From a candidate division WOR-3 bacterium (GTDB lineage: Bacteria > Hydrothermota > Tepidihabitantia > Tepidihabitantales > Tepidihabitantaceae), in contig CBFGIT010000002.1 of NCBI GenBank assembly GCA_965648905.1, positions 64,001 through 128,000 on the forward strand: a stretch of DNA of 64,000 nt, in the 5' to 3' direction. Positions 39,688 to 50,054 of this stretch are shown here, one piece after another. The first letter of the stretch is position 1, and each line of letters opens with the position of its first letter. The notes beneath the pieces are model-generated. The model had not been told where the DNA came from and searched no databases. It worked only from the letters and a program-made list of their open reading frames with translations. The translations under genes and the position numbers were made by a program.

Positions 39688-40551
39688 GTGGAACGCCTCC
39701 AGGTTCTGGTTGCCCTGAAGCGTCGCAACAGGTTTCTGAACCTGTCGGTTCCAGTTTCCTCAGTTCTCCTCGCCGGTATCGCGCTTGCCGGCCTTTTTGT
39801 TGGCGGGGGCATGCTGGGCTGGCTGGTGGTCGGCCGGCTGACTGGCTCGGATGAACTCGGCCGGCTGGCACGCGAGAACGCATCGCTGCGTGCCCGGCTT
39901 GATTACTACGCCGCGGCCGTCGATACGTTCCAGCAGTTCATTGCTGAGACCGAGCAGATGGACAACCGGTTCCGGGCGGCAATGGACCTGAGCCTGATAC
40001 CTTCCGACATCAGACTTCTCGGCATCGGTGGCAAGCAGCCGCCTGCGCCCGAACCCAGGGTTGATAACCTGCTGCGCCGCATCAGGTTCGAGCAGCAGTC
40101 GCTCGCTGAAATTGCGTCCGCGGTCAGAAAACAGGAGGCGCGGCTCACGAACACCCCGTCAATCTGGCCGGTTCTGGGCTGGGTCACCTCCGGCTTCGGC
40201 TTTCGCTGCGACCCGTTCACCGGCCGCCGCACGATGCACGAAGGCATCGACATCGTCGCACCGGCCGGCGCCAGGATTGTCGCATCGGCAGACGGCAGGG
40301 TGGTCTATGCCGGCTGGAAGAGCGGCTGGGGCCGGGTGGTCGAGATTGACCATGGTTTCGGCATCAGAACCTTCTACGGCCACTGCCGTTCACTCAAAGT
40401 CAACGTCGGCGACCGGGTGACGCGCGGCCAGATGATTGCTACGGTCGGCTCATCCGGCCGGGCCACGGGCGTGCACCTGCACTACGGCGTGATGGCGAAC
40501 GGCTGCTGGGTCAATCCCCGCAACTACATCGTCAGCCCGGCCGGCAGCTAA
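39688..40551 (+). CDS. M23-family metallopeptidase with N-terminal TM helix and coiled coil
   Basis: TPSIWPV.GWVTSGFG, HEGID, TGVHLHY. Confidence 0.9.
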   Translation: MERLQVLVALKRRNRFLNLSVPVSSVLLAGIALAGLFVGGGMLGWLVVGRLTGSDELGRLARENASLRARLDYYAAAVDTFQQFIAETEQMDNRFRAAMDLSLIPSDIRLLGIGGKQPPAPEPRVDNLLRRIRFEQQSLAEIASAVRKQEARLTNTPSIWPVLGWVTSGFGFRCDPFTGRRTMHEGIDIVAPAGARIVASADGRVVYAGWKSGWGRVVEIDHGFGIRTFYGHCRSLKVNVGDRVTRGQMIATVGSSGRATGVHLHYGVMANGCWVNPRNYIVSPAGS

Positions 40552-40597
40552 GAATCGGTCCGGGTCCGGTTCTCCTTCTGCATTCTGTATACGGGTA

Positions 40598-41656
40598 CTA
40601 GCGCCGACCGATATGCCGAAGCGCGAGGATGCCGCCGGTGATGGCGCCGCCGTAGAAGCTGAACAACCGCCACAGGACAACGTATACCCCGAGCATGTAT
40701 CTGGGGCAAATCATCGAGTACAGACCCGCGGCGCCGGCTTCAGCCACACCGCTCGCGCCCGGTGTCGGCACGAAGAGCAGCACCGAGGTCAGAAGCAGAT
40801 TGAGTCCGACGGCGCGCAGGGCATCGGGGTGCACGCCCAGGCCGGCGAGGAGGGTGGCGCTCATGCTGAACAGGGAAAGGATGCAGAGCACGGTCAGCCC
40901 GATCGCCAAGAGCAGGTGCTTCAGGTTGCGGCCATGCAGGAACAGGCTCAACCCGCGCGTGAACTCCTCAAACTCGGCCAGCCCCCACAAGGCACACCGC
41001 CGCAGAAAACCGGGCCGGGGTCGTTCAGCGATACGGCGGCGCAGAGCCTTTAGGCTGGCCGGGAAGACGAAGCTCGCCAGAATCAGGGCACAGCCGCCGG
41101 CGATGATGATCGAGATGTAGCCGGTGAGTACCTTAAGCAGGACGTTTGAGACCCCGAGCCGCAGGGCAACGAACGGCGCCGCGGCAAAGAGCAGCGCGTA
41201 GAAGAGCACCCCGCGCATCAGGAGCACGGCCGATGCCTTGCCCGGACTGATGCCCCATCGGTTCATGATGAAGAGCTGGAGCGGCAGTCCGCCGACCTGA
41301 AACGGCGTAATCGCGGCCATGAAGTAGCCGACAAAGATGACCTCGATCGAAGGCAGCACCGCCATCCGATGCTCGCTGGCGCGGGAGAGGACCGCGAGGC
41401 GCGCGCCGTCGAGTCCGGCCGCACTGAACCAGAGCGCAACCGTCGCCAGCAGCCAGTACCACTTGATGCGGGCCAGCCCGGCCAGGGTCTCGCGGCTGGC
41501 GGTCAGGGCGATGACGATGACCGCGGCGGCGATGCCCAGGAAGACAAAAACTCGCACGCCGCGCGCGATGGCGCGGCGCGTGAGGCTGGGCCCGGCCGGC
41601 TCAGGGCCGCCTAAGAGCGGAACGTCGGGCCCTGAGGCCTCGGGTGGTTCGGTCAC
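40598..41656 (-). CDS. Lysylphosphatidylglycerol-synthase-TM / flippase-like membrane protein
   Basis: ITPFQVGG.P, PTPGASGVAE, LWRLFSFY. Confidence 0.85.
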   Translation of the reverse strand: MTEPPEASGPDVPLLGGPEPAGPSLTRRAIARGVRVFVFLGIAAAVIVIALTASRETLAGLARIKWYWLLATVALWFSAAGLDGARLAVLSRASEHRMAVLPSIEVIFVGYFMAAITPFQVGGLPLQLFIMNRWGISPGKASAVLLMRGVLFYALLFAAAPFVALRLGVSNVLLKVLTGYISIIIAGGCALILASFVFPASLKALRRRIAERPRPGFLRRCALWGLAEFEEFTRGLSLFLHGRNLKHLLLAIGLTVLCILSLFSMSATLLAGLGVHPDALRAVGLNLLLTSVLLFVPTPGASGVAEAGAAGLYSMICPRYMLGVYVVLWRLFSFYGGAITGGILALRHIGRR

Positions 41657-41668
41657 TTGCCTTGTCGG

Positions 41669-42811
41669 TTAGCCGAGCAGGGTGCGGGCGATAACGATGC
41701 GCTGGACTTCGGACGTGCCTTCGTAGATCTCCATGCACTTGGCATCGCGGTAGTACCGCTCGACCGGGTAGTCCTTGGTGTAGCCGTAGCCGCCGTAGAT
41801 CTGCACCGCTTCGCGCGTGACAAAGGTCGCGGTCTCGGCCGCAAAGAGTTTGCACATCGCCGACTCCTGGTTGAACCGGGTCTTGCCCGAGTCCTTCTGG
41901 TGCGCGGCATAGTAGACGAGCATCCGCGCAGCCAGGGTGCGCGTCGCCATGTCAGCCAGCTTGGCCTGAATCATCTCGAACTCGCAGATTGGCCGGCCGA
42001 ACTGCTTCCGCTCCTTGGAGTAGGCAATCGCTTTGTCGAGCGCGGCCTGGGCAATGCCGACCGCTTGGGCCCCGATGTCGATGCGCGACACGTCGAGCGT
42101 GCCGAGCGCGACCTTGAAACCTTCGCCGACCTTGCCGAGCACGTTCCCGACCGGGACTTCACAGTCGTCGAACATCAGCTCGCAATTGGCCGTCGCACGC
42201 AGGCCGAGCAGGTTTTCGTGCTTGCCGAGCGAGAAGCCCTTGAACCCGCGTTCAACGATGAAGCCGGTTACGCCCTTGGCGCCGGCGGCCGGGTCGGTCT
42301 TGGCAAAGACGATGAAAACCTGAGCCACGCCGCCGTTGGTGATGAAGCGCTTGGAGCCGTTCAGGACGTACTTGTCGCCCTTGAGCACCGCGGTCGTTTC
42401 CATCGCCGCAGGGTCAGACCCGGCGTTGGGCTCGGTCAGCCCGAAAGCACCGAGCAGTTCACCGGTCGCCATCCGCGGCAAATACTTCTGCTTCTGTTCT
42501 TCGGTGCCCCAGTTGACAATCGGCCATGCCGCGAGCGAATTGTGTACCGCGGTGATGACGCCGGTCGAGCCGCAGGCACGGGAAATCTCCTCGATCGCAA
42601 TGGCAAGCGAGAGGAAGTCGAACCCGGCACCGTGGTACTGCTCCGGGATGGTCATCGAGAGCAGGCCCAGCTCGGCCATCTGCTTGATCGCCTCGTGCGG
42701 GAACTCGCCCTTCTCGTCAACCTCGGCCGCCCTGGGTTCGAGTTCCTTGGTGGCGAACTCACGGGCCATGTTCCGCACCATTATCTGGTCATTTGAGTAG
42801 CTCAGGTCCAT
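41669..42811 (-). CDS. Acyl-CoA dehydrogenase (butyryl-CoA dehydrogenase-like)
   Basis: FGLTEPNAGSD, NGSKRFITN, ERKQFG, GGYGY, EIYEGTSEVQR. Confidence 0.95.
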   Translation of the reverse strand: MDLSYSNDQIMVRNMAREFATKELEPRAAEVDEKGEFPHEAIKQMAELGLLSMTIPEQYHGAGFDFLSLAIAIEEISRACGSTGVITAVHNSLAAWPIVNWGTEEQKQKYLPRMATGELLGAFGLTEPNAGSDPAAMETTAVLKGDKYVLNGSKRFITNGGVAQVFIVFAKTDPAAGAKGVTGFIVERGFKGFSLGKHENLLGLRATANCELMFDDCEVPVGNVLGKVGEGFKVALGTLDVSRIDIGAQAVGIAQAALDKAIAYSKERKQFGRPICEFEMIQAKLADMATRTLAARMLVYYAAHQKDSGKTRFNQESAMCKLFAAETATFVTREAVQIYGGYGYTKDYPVERYYRDAKCMEIYEGTSEVQRIVIARTLLG

Positions 42812-42820
42812 ACTGTCCTC

Positions 42821-43951
42821 CTAAAGGGTTTCTTTTGCTTCCTTCAGAACTTCCTTGGCGATAATCATGCGCATCACCTCTGAAGTGCCTTCGCCGATTT
42901 CGCCCAGCTTGGCATCGCGGTATACCCGGGCCACCGGCATCCGGTCGGTGATGGCAAGCGGACCGATGGCGTCAATCGCCGTGCCCGCAGCCCAGACCGC
43001 AACCTCAGACGCAAAGAGCTTGGCAAAGGCGCACTGCTTGTCGGCCCGGACATTGGCATCTTTGGTCACCGCCGCGCTGTAAACGAGCTGGCGCGCCGCC
43101 TCGACCTGGGTGGCAACGTCAGATAGGGCCTTCTGCTCAAGCTGGGTCATGTTCCGATCCTTGAACCACTCGACCATCGTATCGAGTGCGCACTGGGCCA
43201 TGCCCAGGCAGAACGCACCGATGGAGATGCGACCGCCGTCCAGGGTCTCCATGAATATCCGGTACCCGTCCATCTCCTTGCCGAGCACGCTGTCCAGGGG
43301 CAGCAGCATGTCCTCAAACGCGAGCTCGACCGTGTCCGAACCCGAAAGCCCGAGCTTGCGCTCTTTTGACGCGACCTTGAACCCAGGGGTCCTGGTCTCG
43401 GCAATGAAACAGGTGATGGCCTTGCGGCCGAGTTTGCGGTCCATGCTCGCCGCGACAATCACAGTTCCGGCATACGAAGCTGAGGTGATGAACCGCTTTG
43501 ACCCGTTGATGAGGAACCCCTGGTCGGTCTTCTGAGCGGTCGTCTCGATGCCGGCCGCATCCGAGCCGGCATTCGGCTCGGTCAGGCCGAACGAGCCGAG
43601 GTACTCACCCCGGGCCAGGCGGGGCACGTACTTTTCTTTCTGCTCCTTTGTGCCGAACTTATAGATGGGATAGGTGCCGAGCGAGGTATGGGCGGCCATG
43701 GTCAGACCGGTTGAAGCGCAGACCCGCGACACTTCCTCGACACCGATGGCATAGGACAGATAGTCAAGGCCCATGCCGCCCAGTTCCTTGGGCCACGGAA
43801 TGCCCAGATAGCCCTGCTCGGCCAGCGCCTTGACGTTGGCTTCGACGAAAGCACCGCTGAGGTCGCAGGCAGCAGCGCCGGGCGCGACGACCCGAAGCGC
43901 GAACTCACGCACTTCCTTTCTGAATCGCTGGTGCGGCTCAGGCAGTATCAT
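42821..43951 (-). CDS. Acyl-CoA dehydrogenase family protein
   Basis: FGLTEPNAGSD, LDGGRI, EIGEGTSE; lacks the R.QFG and GGYG motifs. Confidence 0.9.
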   Translation of the reverse strand: MILPEPHQRFRKEVREFALRVVAPGAAACDLSGAFVEANVKALAEQGYLGIPWPKELGGMGLDYLSYAIGVEEVSRVCASTGLTMAAHTSLGTYPIYKFGTKEQKEKYVPRLARGEYLGSFGLTEPNAGSDAAGIETTAQKTDQGFLINGSKRFITSASYAGTVIVAASMDRKLGRKAITCFIAETRTPGFKVASKERKLGLSGSDTVELAFEDMLLPLDSVLGKEMDGYRIFMETLDGGRISIGAFCLGMAQCALDTMVEWFKDRNMTQLEQKALSDVATQVEAARQLVYSAAVTKDANVRADKQCAFAKLFASEVAVWAAGTAIDAIGPLAITDRMPVARVYRDAKLGEIGEGTSEVMRMIIAKEVLKEAKETL

Positions 43952-43974
43952 CGCTCCTCCTTGCCGAACTCCGT

Positions 43975-44021
43975 GTTCTGGGTTCTTGATTCTGCATTCT
44001 GATTTCCGGTTTCTGACTTCT
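43975..44021 (-). repeat. Solo heptamer array (AGAANNN)n in an intra-operon gap
   Basis: Minus strand reads agaagtc agaaacc ggaaatc agaatgc agaatca agaaccc agaac. Confidence 0.75.
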
Positions 44022-44022
44022 C

Positions 44023-44787
44023 CTAGATATAGTACCGGTCCGGGTCAATCTTCTCACGCAGCAGCGTAAGCTGGCGCTTGGTGGGCGGCCGGTTCACGGT
44101 CACCTTGTCTGCGACCAGGAGCTCGAACCCGGTCGCGGCTTTCACCTGCTCGACCGTCACGCCCGGATGGGTGGCGATGAGCCGCATCCGCTTCGACTCA
44201 GGCTCAAAATCCATCATCGCCAGGTTCGTCACGACCCGGTACGGCCCGGTCCCCGGCGGCAGGCCGGCCCGCTCGCGCGCGCCCGGGCCGGAGAGATACC
44301 CTGGGGTGGTCAGAAAATCGACTTTGGAGACAAACGAACGCGGCTCGTGCTTACGCATGATTACGATGGTCTTCCAGCAGAACGAGCCGACGTCATTGGC
44401 TCCGCCTGAGCCGGGCAACCGAACCTTAGGCGGCCAGTACTGGCCGATAACCGTGGTATTCAGGTTGCCGTACATGTCAATCTGAGCGCCACCTAAGAAC
44501 CCGTACTCGATGAAACCACGGGCCGCTGTCTCCATGATATCGCAGATACCTGAGGCTGCAACCGCCTTGTGGAACGTGCGCGAATCCCCGACTCCCAAGG
44601 GCAACTGCTTGAGCGACGCGCCGGTGCCGCCGAACTCGAATACCGGTACCAGGTTCGGGGCGTGGGTCCGCTTGGCCAGAGCCGCGGCGAGCATCGGGAT
44701 ACCGGTACCGACAAACGCGGTTGTGCCGTCCTCCATCAGCTTGGAAGCAAGGGAGATGAGGAATTCGGCTTCGTTGTACTCTGCCAT
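44023..44787 (-). CDS. CoA-transferase subunit B (glutaconate CoA-transferase-like)
   Basis: GFLGGAQIDMYGNLN, RLPGSGGAND, HPGVT.EQV. Confidence 0.9.
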   Translation of the reverse strand: MAEYNEAEFLISLASKLMEDGTTAFVGTGIPMLAAALAKRTHAPNLVPVFEFGGTGASLKQLPLGVGDSRTFHKAVAASGICDIMETAARGFIEYGFLGGAQIDMYGNLNTTVIGQYWPPKVRLPGSGGANDVGSFCWKTIVIMRKHEPRSFVSKVDFLTTPGYLSGPGARERAGLPPGTGPYRVVTNLAMMDFEPESKRMRLIATHPGVTVEQVKAATGFELLVADKVTVNRPPTKRQLTLLREKIDPDRYYI

Positions 44788-45758
44788 TACCGGCCTCCAA
44801 TCTCGGATTCAAGTTTCCTGAGACGGTCCATGCCTACGAGTTGGACGTACTCGGCGTGGTTCCTGACGCCATACACCCACTTATCGAGGTAAGCCTTGGT
44901 CTTGACCGGGTCAGCCGAGTCCTGAAGGAAACTCTGCAGATGTTCGCCGTCGCGCCAGTAGCAGTAGCACATCTCGCCCGGGTGTGAGCCGTACTTCGCT
45001 TCAACCACCGCGTCGACCAGATAGTACGGGATGACCGTGCGGTCCGGGTACTTCTTGATCTTGTCGGTCGAGACAATCTCCTCGCACGAGACGATGAGCC
45101 GCTTGCTGGCGCGCGCCATCTCGTGAACGAAGCCCGAGATACCATCAACCTGACAGTTGCCGTACTTGTCAGCCCGGTGGACGTGGATAAGTCCGACGTC
45201 CATGAATAGGGCCGGAATCAGGCAGACCGGCTTGCCGGTGAACGGGTCTTCGACCACCTTGGCACCGGAGTGCTTCAGAGTATCAGTGCCGAGCATCGAG
45301 CGCACGGGCACGAACGGCACACCCATAGCCGCGGCCTTGAACCGCCAGGTGATGCCGCCGTTTGACCAGTCAGTCGTCTTCACCCGGCCCGACTCGACTG
45401 CGCGGCGCAGGCACGCCGAGATGCCGTAGACCTCCCATGCGACATAGGTGATGTCGAGCGTGTCGACCAGGTCCGCGGCCAGGAGCAGGTCAATCTCATG
45501 AATGCCCTGGCCCGCGACCCGCAGGTGCTTCTTGCCCTGGCGGATGAGCTCGCGCACCAGGGACATCGGTGCGCGCACCGTGCCGTAGAGCTCGGTGCCG
45601 ATGTAGTCGCCGTCGTTTACGAACCGGCTGATGGCGTCCTGCTCGCTCATCACCTTGTCCACCATCTTTGTGTTCTTCCTGGTGTGGACGAACTCTCGGA
45701 ATCCGTCCGGGTCAGGCGGCTGGAACAGCTCGCCGATACCGGATTCAATGACATTCAT
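44787..45758 (-). CDS. CoA-transferase subunit A (glutaconate CoA-transferase-like)
   Basis: RFKAAAMGVPF.P, HVHRADKYGN, EEIV. Confidence 0.9.
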   Translation of the reverse strand: MNVIESGIGELFQPPDPDGFREFVHTRKNTKMVDKVMSEQDAISRFVNDGDYIGTELYGTVRAPMSLVRELIRQGKKHLRVAGQGIHEIDLLLAADLVDTLDITYVAWEVYGISACLRRAVESGRVKTTDWSNGGITWRFKAAAMGVPFVPVRSMLGTDTLKHSGAKVVEDPFTGKPVCLIPALFMDVGLIHVHRADKYGNCQVDGISGFVHEMARASKRLIVSCEEIVSTDKIKKYPDRTVIPYYLVDAVVEAKYGSHPGEMCYCYWRDGEHLQSFLQDSADPVKTKAYLDKWVYGVRNHAEYVQLVGMDRLRKLESEIGGR

Positions 45759-46060
45759 GGCAGTTGCCTCCTGCGAATGGACGTAGGTATGCTGGCGGCC
45801 TATTCAACAGGTGTATGCTAGATATTCTGGCTACAAAGTCAATTCCGACCAGAGCGACTCAGGAACCATGGTCCGGTCTCAGAGACTTGCGCGGCATGAA
45901 CTTGCACCGCAGGGCTTCTGGCGCTATACTGCATTGCCGTGTCGGCAATGCCAACCCGGAGCCTTCTGTCCGGCAGTACCCATTCACCAAACCAATGCCC
46001 GGCGGTGCGGGCCCGCTCCTTAAGGCAGCGGTTCCAATTCCCGGGCCCAAGGAGGCAGCA

Positions 46061-46714
46061 GTGAGGATTTTCATCGATTCCGCAGACATCAACGAGATTC
46101 GCGAGGTCGCGAGCTGGGGTGTGCTGGCCGGCTGCACAACCAATCCCAGCCTGGTCTGTAAGACCGGCCGTCCTTTCAAGGAGTGTGTCCGTGACATTCT
46201 GCCCGTAGTCCCGGGTCCGGTGTCGGTTGAGGCAGTCTCGGCTGACGCCGCTGGCATGATAAGAGAGGGTGAGGACTGGGCGCGGCTCGACCCGGAGAAA
46301 GTCACCATCAAGATTCCGATGTCGGTTGAAGGGCTGAAGGCGGTGCGCGGTCTGGCCGACAAGGAAATCAAGACCAACGTGACCCTGGTCTTTTCAACCA
46401 ATCAGGCGCTGCTCGCTGCCCAGGCTGGCGCGACGTTCCTGAGTCCGTTTGTCGGCCGACTGGACGACATCTCACACGACGGGATGGAGTTGATTCACGA
46501 CATCGTCGAGATGATTGACACCTACGGCTTTGACACCGAGGTGATTGCTGCGAGCATCCGCCACCCGCTCCACGTCATCGAATCGCTGCGTGCTGGTGCG
46601 CACGTCGCGACGATTCCCTACGATGTACTGCTGAAGATGGTGAAACACCCGCTCACCGATGCCGGTATCAAGAAGTTCTACGAGGACTTCCAGAAGATTC
46701 CGCAATCCAGGTAG
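46061..46714 (+). CDS. tal: Transaldolase (short FSA/TalC type)
   Basis: RBS GGAGG plus GTG; IFIDSAD, TTNPSL, IKIP, TLVFS, SPFVGRLDD. Confidence 0.9.
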   Translation: MRIFIDSADINEIREVASWGVLAGCTTNPSLVCKTGRPFKECVRDILPVVPGPVSVEAVSADAAGMIREGEDWARLDPEKVTIKIPMSVEGLKAVRGLADKEIKTNVTLVFSTNQALLAAQAGATFLSPFVGRLDDISHDGMELIHDIVEMIDTYGFDTEVIAASIRHPLHVIESLRAGAHVATIPYDVLLKMVKHPLTDAGIKKFYEDFQKIPQSR

Positions 46715-46726
46715 GAAGGAGAAAAC

Positions 46727-48838
46727 ATGCCGATTGTTGACTCTACGACCGGACAGGTGAAAAAGACCGCGGGCCTGGGCGAGCTGGTCCAGGCCGCGAA
46801 CATGATGCGCGGCTATGACCTGGTTGCCCTGTGCGCGGCCGGGTCCGGCCACGCCGGCGGGACCCTCTCCATCATGGACATCACCGCGGCGCTGTATCTG
46901 AACGTCGCGCGGCTCGACCCGGAGAATCCGTCCTGGCCGGACCGGGACCGAATCATCTGGTCCACCGGACATAAGGCTCCGGCTCTCTACCTCGGGCTGG
47001 GCATGGCCGGTTTCTTTCCGGTCGAGGACGTGGTGCTGCTGCGCAAGCTGTACTCGCCGTTCCAGGGCCATCCGCACTGGCTTAAGGTACCGGGAGCAGA
47101 GATTTCATCGGGCTCTTTGGGCCAGGGGCTCTCGGTCGCGGTCGGCATCGCCCTGGCCGGCCGGATGGACCGCAGGAGCTTCCGGGTATACTGCCTGACC
47201 GGTGATGGCGAGCATCAGGAAGGCCAAATCTGGGAAGCAGTGATGGAGGCCGGCGCGTACAAGCTCGACAATCTCTGCTGCATCGTCGACAAGAATCGGC
47301 TGCAGATTGACGGCTGGGTCAAGGACGTGATGAACGTCGACCCGCTGGCTGACAAGTACCGCGCGTTCGGCTGGCACGTCATCGAAATCGACGGCCACAA
47401 CATGCAGCAGATTCTGAAGGCGTTCGAGAAGGCGGCTCTGTTCAAGGGTCAGCCGACCGTGATCATCGCCAACACGACCAAAGGCAAAGGCGTGGACTTC
47501 ATGGAGAACCAGGCTGGCTGGCACGGCAAGGCTCCGAACCACGACCAGATGGTGCAGGGCCTGAAGCAGCTCAACCTCGAGTTCCGCATCGACCACAAGA
47601 AGCTCCTGGCCCGTGCTCAGGCCTACCAGACCGAGGCAACGACGAAACTGATGGCCAAGGTCCCGGCTTTCTCGCGCGACTTTTTCTGGAACCGGCAGCC
47701 AGTGATGAAGGTCGAGATGAAACCAACCCGGCTCGGGTTCGGCGATGCGCTCGAGAAGGTCGGTGCGGACAAGCGCGCAGTCGCCATCGGCGCAGACATC
47801 TCCGGCTCGATTGCGATTGCCCGGTTCTTCGAGTGCGACCCGGAGCGGTGCGAACGCTGGATATCGGTCGGCATCGCCGAGCAGTCGGGCACCTGTGTGG
47901 CCGCAGGCCTGGCCAAAGAAGGCAAGCTGCCGGTGTTCGGCACCTATGGCGTATTTGCTGCGGGCCGGAACTTAGACCAGCTCCGGACCACGGTCTGCTA
48001 CGGCAATTTCAACGTGCTGATTGCCGGCGCGCACGGCGGGGTTTCGGTCGGACCGGACGGTGCGACCCATCAGGCACTTGAGGACCTGTTCCAGATCTGC
48101 GGTCTGCCGGGCATGAACGTCTCAGTGCCGTGCGACGCGCTCGAAACCCAGCGGGCAACCGAATACCTCCTGATGGAAGTCAAGGGCCCGAAGTATATCC
48201 GGTTCGCACGCGAGGCGACACCGGTCATCACCCGGCCAGACACGCCCTATATCTGGGGCGAACCCAATGCCTACCGGTTCCGGGGCGAGCAGCCGAACTT
48301 CGCCGACGCCTTTGAGGTGAAGCTGGCCAGCGCGTACAAGAGCGAGAACGAGGACCTGACCGTGGTCGCGTGCGGGCCGATGGTGCCGGAGGCGATGCGC
48401 GCGGCCTGGATACTGAAGACCGACTTCAACCTCGAAACCCGGGTCATCAACCTGCATACCCTGAAGCCGTTCAACCCGGCTCCGCTGGTCAAGGCTGCGG
48501 CTGAAACTGGCATCATCATCACGGCTGAAGAACATCAGGTCGGCGGCCTGGCCAACTGGGTTTCCCATGCCCTGCATGCTGCGCCTGAGCTTTATGGCGT
48601 GCCGATTGCCTTTGGCGCGGTCGGGGTGAAAGACCGGTTTGGCGAGTCGGGCCAGCCCTGGGAACTGATGTGGGAGTTCGAGGTGTCGGGTGAGCACATC
48701 GCAGCCCGGGCCAAAGAGCTTGCTGACTTTGTCAAAGGGCACAAGACCGGAGCCAAGGCAGCCAAGCCAGCGGCCAAGAAGCCGGCGGCAAGGAAAGCGG
48801 CGGCACCGAAGAAGGTTAAGGCGTCGGGCGGCGAATAG
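46727..48838 (+). CDS. tkt: Transketolase (N and C halves of the split type in one chain) with Lys/Ala-rich tail
   Basis: SGHAGG.LS, GSLGQG, GDGE.QEG, GIAEQ, GPDGATHQ. Confidence 0.9.
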   Translation: MPIVDSTTGQVKKTAGLGELVQAANMMRGYDLVALCAAGSGHAGGTLSIMDITAALYLNVARLDPENPSWPDRDRIIWSTGHKAPALYLGLGMAGFFPVEDVVLLRKLYSPFQGHPHWLKVPGAEISSGSLGQGLSVAVGIALAGRMDRRSFRVYCLTGDGEHQEGQIWEAVMEAGAYKLDNLCCIVDKNRLQIDGWVKDVMNVDPLADKYRAFGWHVIEIDGHNMQQILKAFEKAALFKGQPTVIIANTTKGKGVDFMENQAGWHGKAPNHDQMVQGLKQLNLEFRIDHKKLLARAQAYQTEATTKLMAKVPAFSRDFFWNRQPVMKVEMKPTRLGFGDALEKVGADKRAVAIGADISGSIAIARFFECDPERCERWISVGIAEQSGTCVAAGLAKEGKLPVFGTYGVFAAGRNLDQLRTTVCYGNFNVLIAGAHGGVSVGPDGATHQALEDLFQICGLPGMNVSVPCDALETQRATEYLLMEVKGPKYIRFAREATPVITRPDTPYIWGEPNAYRFRGEQPNFADAFEVKLASAYKSENEDLTVVACGPMVPEAMRAAWILKTDFNLETRVINLHTLKPFNPAPLVKAAAETGIIITAEEHQVGGLANWVSHALHAAPELYGVPIAFGAVGVKDRFGESGQPWELMWEFEVSGEHIAARAKELADFVKGHKTGAKAAKPAAKKPAARKAAAPKKVKASGGE

Positions 48839-48860
48839 GCCGGCAGGAAAGGACAAACCG

Positions 48861-50021
48861 ATGAGACTTGCAGAACGGATGTCGCGGCTTGGTACTGAGA
48901 CCGCATTCGACTGCCTTTGTCGGGCTAAGGCGCTCGAATGCAGGATGGACGTCGTGCATCTGGAAATCGGCGAGCCGGACTTTGACACACCGCAGCACAT
49001 CCGCGAGGCAGCCAAGCAGGCGCTTGATGCAGGCTACACCCACTATGGCCCGTCGGCCGGCCTGCCCGAGCTACGTGCCGCGATTGCTGAGTACGCCGGC
49101 CGCTTGCGGGACGTGACGTTCCGCGACGAACAGGTCGTGGTTACACCCGGCGGCAAGCCGGTGATGGCCTTTGCCATCATGGCACTGGTCGAAGAAGGCG
49201 ACGAGGTCATCTACCCCAACCCGGGCTTCCCGATTTATGAGTCGATGATTGAGTACATGGGGGGCAGGGCAGTGCCAATTCATCTGCGCGAGAGCCGGGA
49301 GTTCCGGCTCGATGCCGAAGAGCTGGCCAGCCTGGTCAACCCACGCACCAAGCTCATCATCATCAACTCGCCCCAGAACCCGACCGGCGCAGTCTTGACA
49401 CGCGAGGACCTGCGGTTGGTGGCCGACACCGCGCTCAAGCACAACGTCTGGATTCTGGCTGACGAGATTTACTCGGAAATCCTCTACCAGGGACGCTACG
49501 AGTCCATCTCCCAATTCCCCGAGGTTCACCACCGGCTGATTATCCTCGACGGCTTTTCTAAGACCTATGCGATGACCGGCTGGCGGGTCGGGTACGGCAT
49601 CATGCCCAAAGAGATGGCCGACAAGCTCGCCCGGATTCAGACCAACACCAATTCATGTACCGCAACCTTCAGCCAGCGCGCCTGCCTTGAGGCACTCAAA
49701 GGCCCGCGCGAACCGGTTAACAAGATGGTTGCCGAGTTCAAGCAAAGGCGCGACTTCATCGTCGACGGCCTCAACGCGATTCCCGGATTCCGCTGCGTCC
49801 GACCGCTGGGCGCGTTCTACGTCTTCCCGAACATCGAGGCCACCGGGCTTGACTGCAAGGTATTGGCTGACCGGCTGCTTGAGGAACAGGGCGTGGCATG
49901 CCTGGCGGGAACGTGTTTCGGTAAGTACGGCGACGGTTTCCTGCGCTTCAGCTATGCCAACTCGGTTCAGAACATCGAAAAGGCTCTGAACCGGGTCCGG
50001 CAACTGCTCAACAGAGCGTAG
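48861..50021 (+). CDS. Class I/II PLP-dependent aminotransferase (aspartate aminotransferase-like)
   Basis: IGEPDFDTP, NSPQNPTG, DEIY, GFSKTYAMTGWRVG. Confidence 0.92.
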   Translation: MRLAERMSRLGTETAFDCLCRAKALECRMDVVHLEIGEPDFDTPQHIREAAKQALDAGYTHYGPSAGLPELRAAIAEYAGRLRDVTFRDEQVVVTPGGKPVMAFAIMALVEEGDEVIYPNPGFPIYESMIEYMGGRAVPIHLRESREFRLDAEELASLVNPRTKLIIINSPQNPTGAVLTREDLRLVADTALKHNVWILADEIYSEILYQGRYESISQFPEVHHRLIILDGFSKTYAMTGWRVGYGIMPKEMADKLARIQTNTNSCTATFSQRACLEALKGPREPVNKMVAEFKQRRDFIVDGLNAIPGFRCVRPLGAFYVFPNIEATGLDCKVLADRLLEEQGVACLAGTCFGKYGDGFLRFSYANSVQNIEKALNRVRQLLNRA

Positions 50022-50054
50022 ACGTTCTCTCCGGACAGGAGAGAGACGCTGCGA

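Noticed and set aside
41657..42796. Long antisense ORFs (also 27916-28707, 52965-54233, 56013-57035, 61542-62495)
   Set aside because: Shadow frames of well-supported GC-rich genes, with no recognisable motifs
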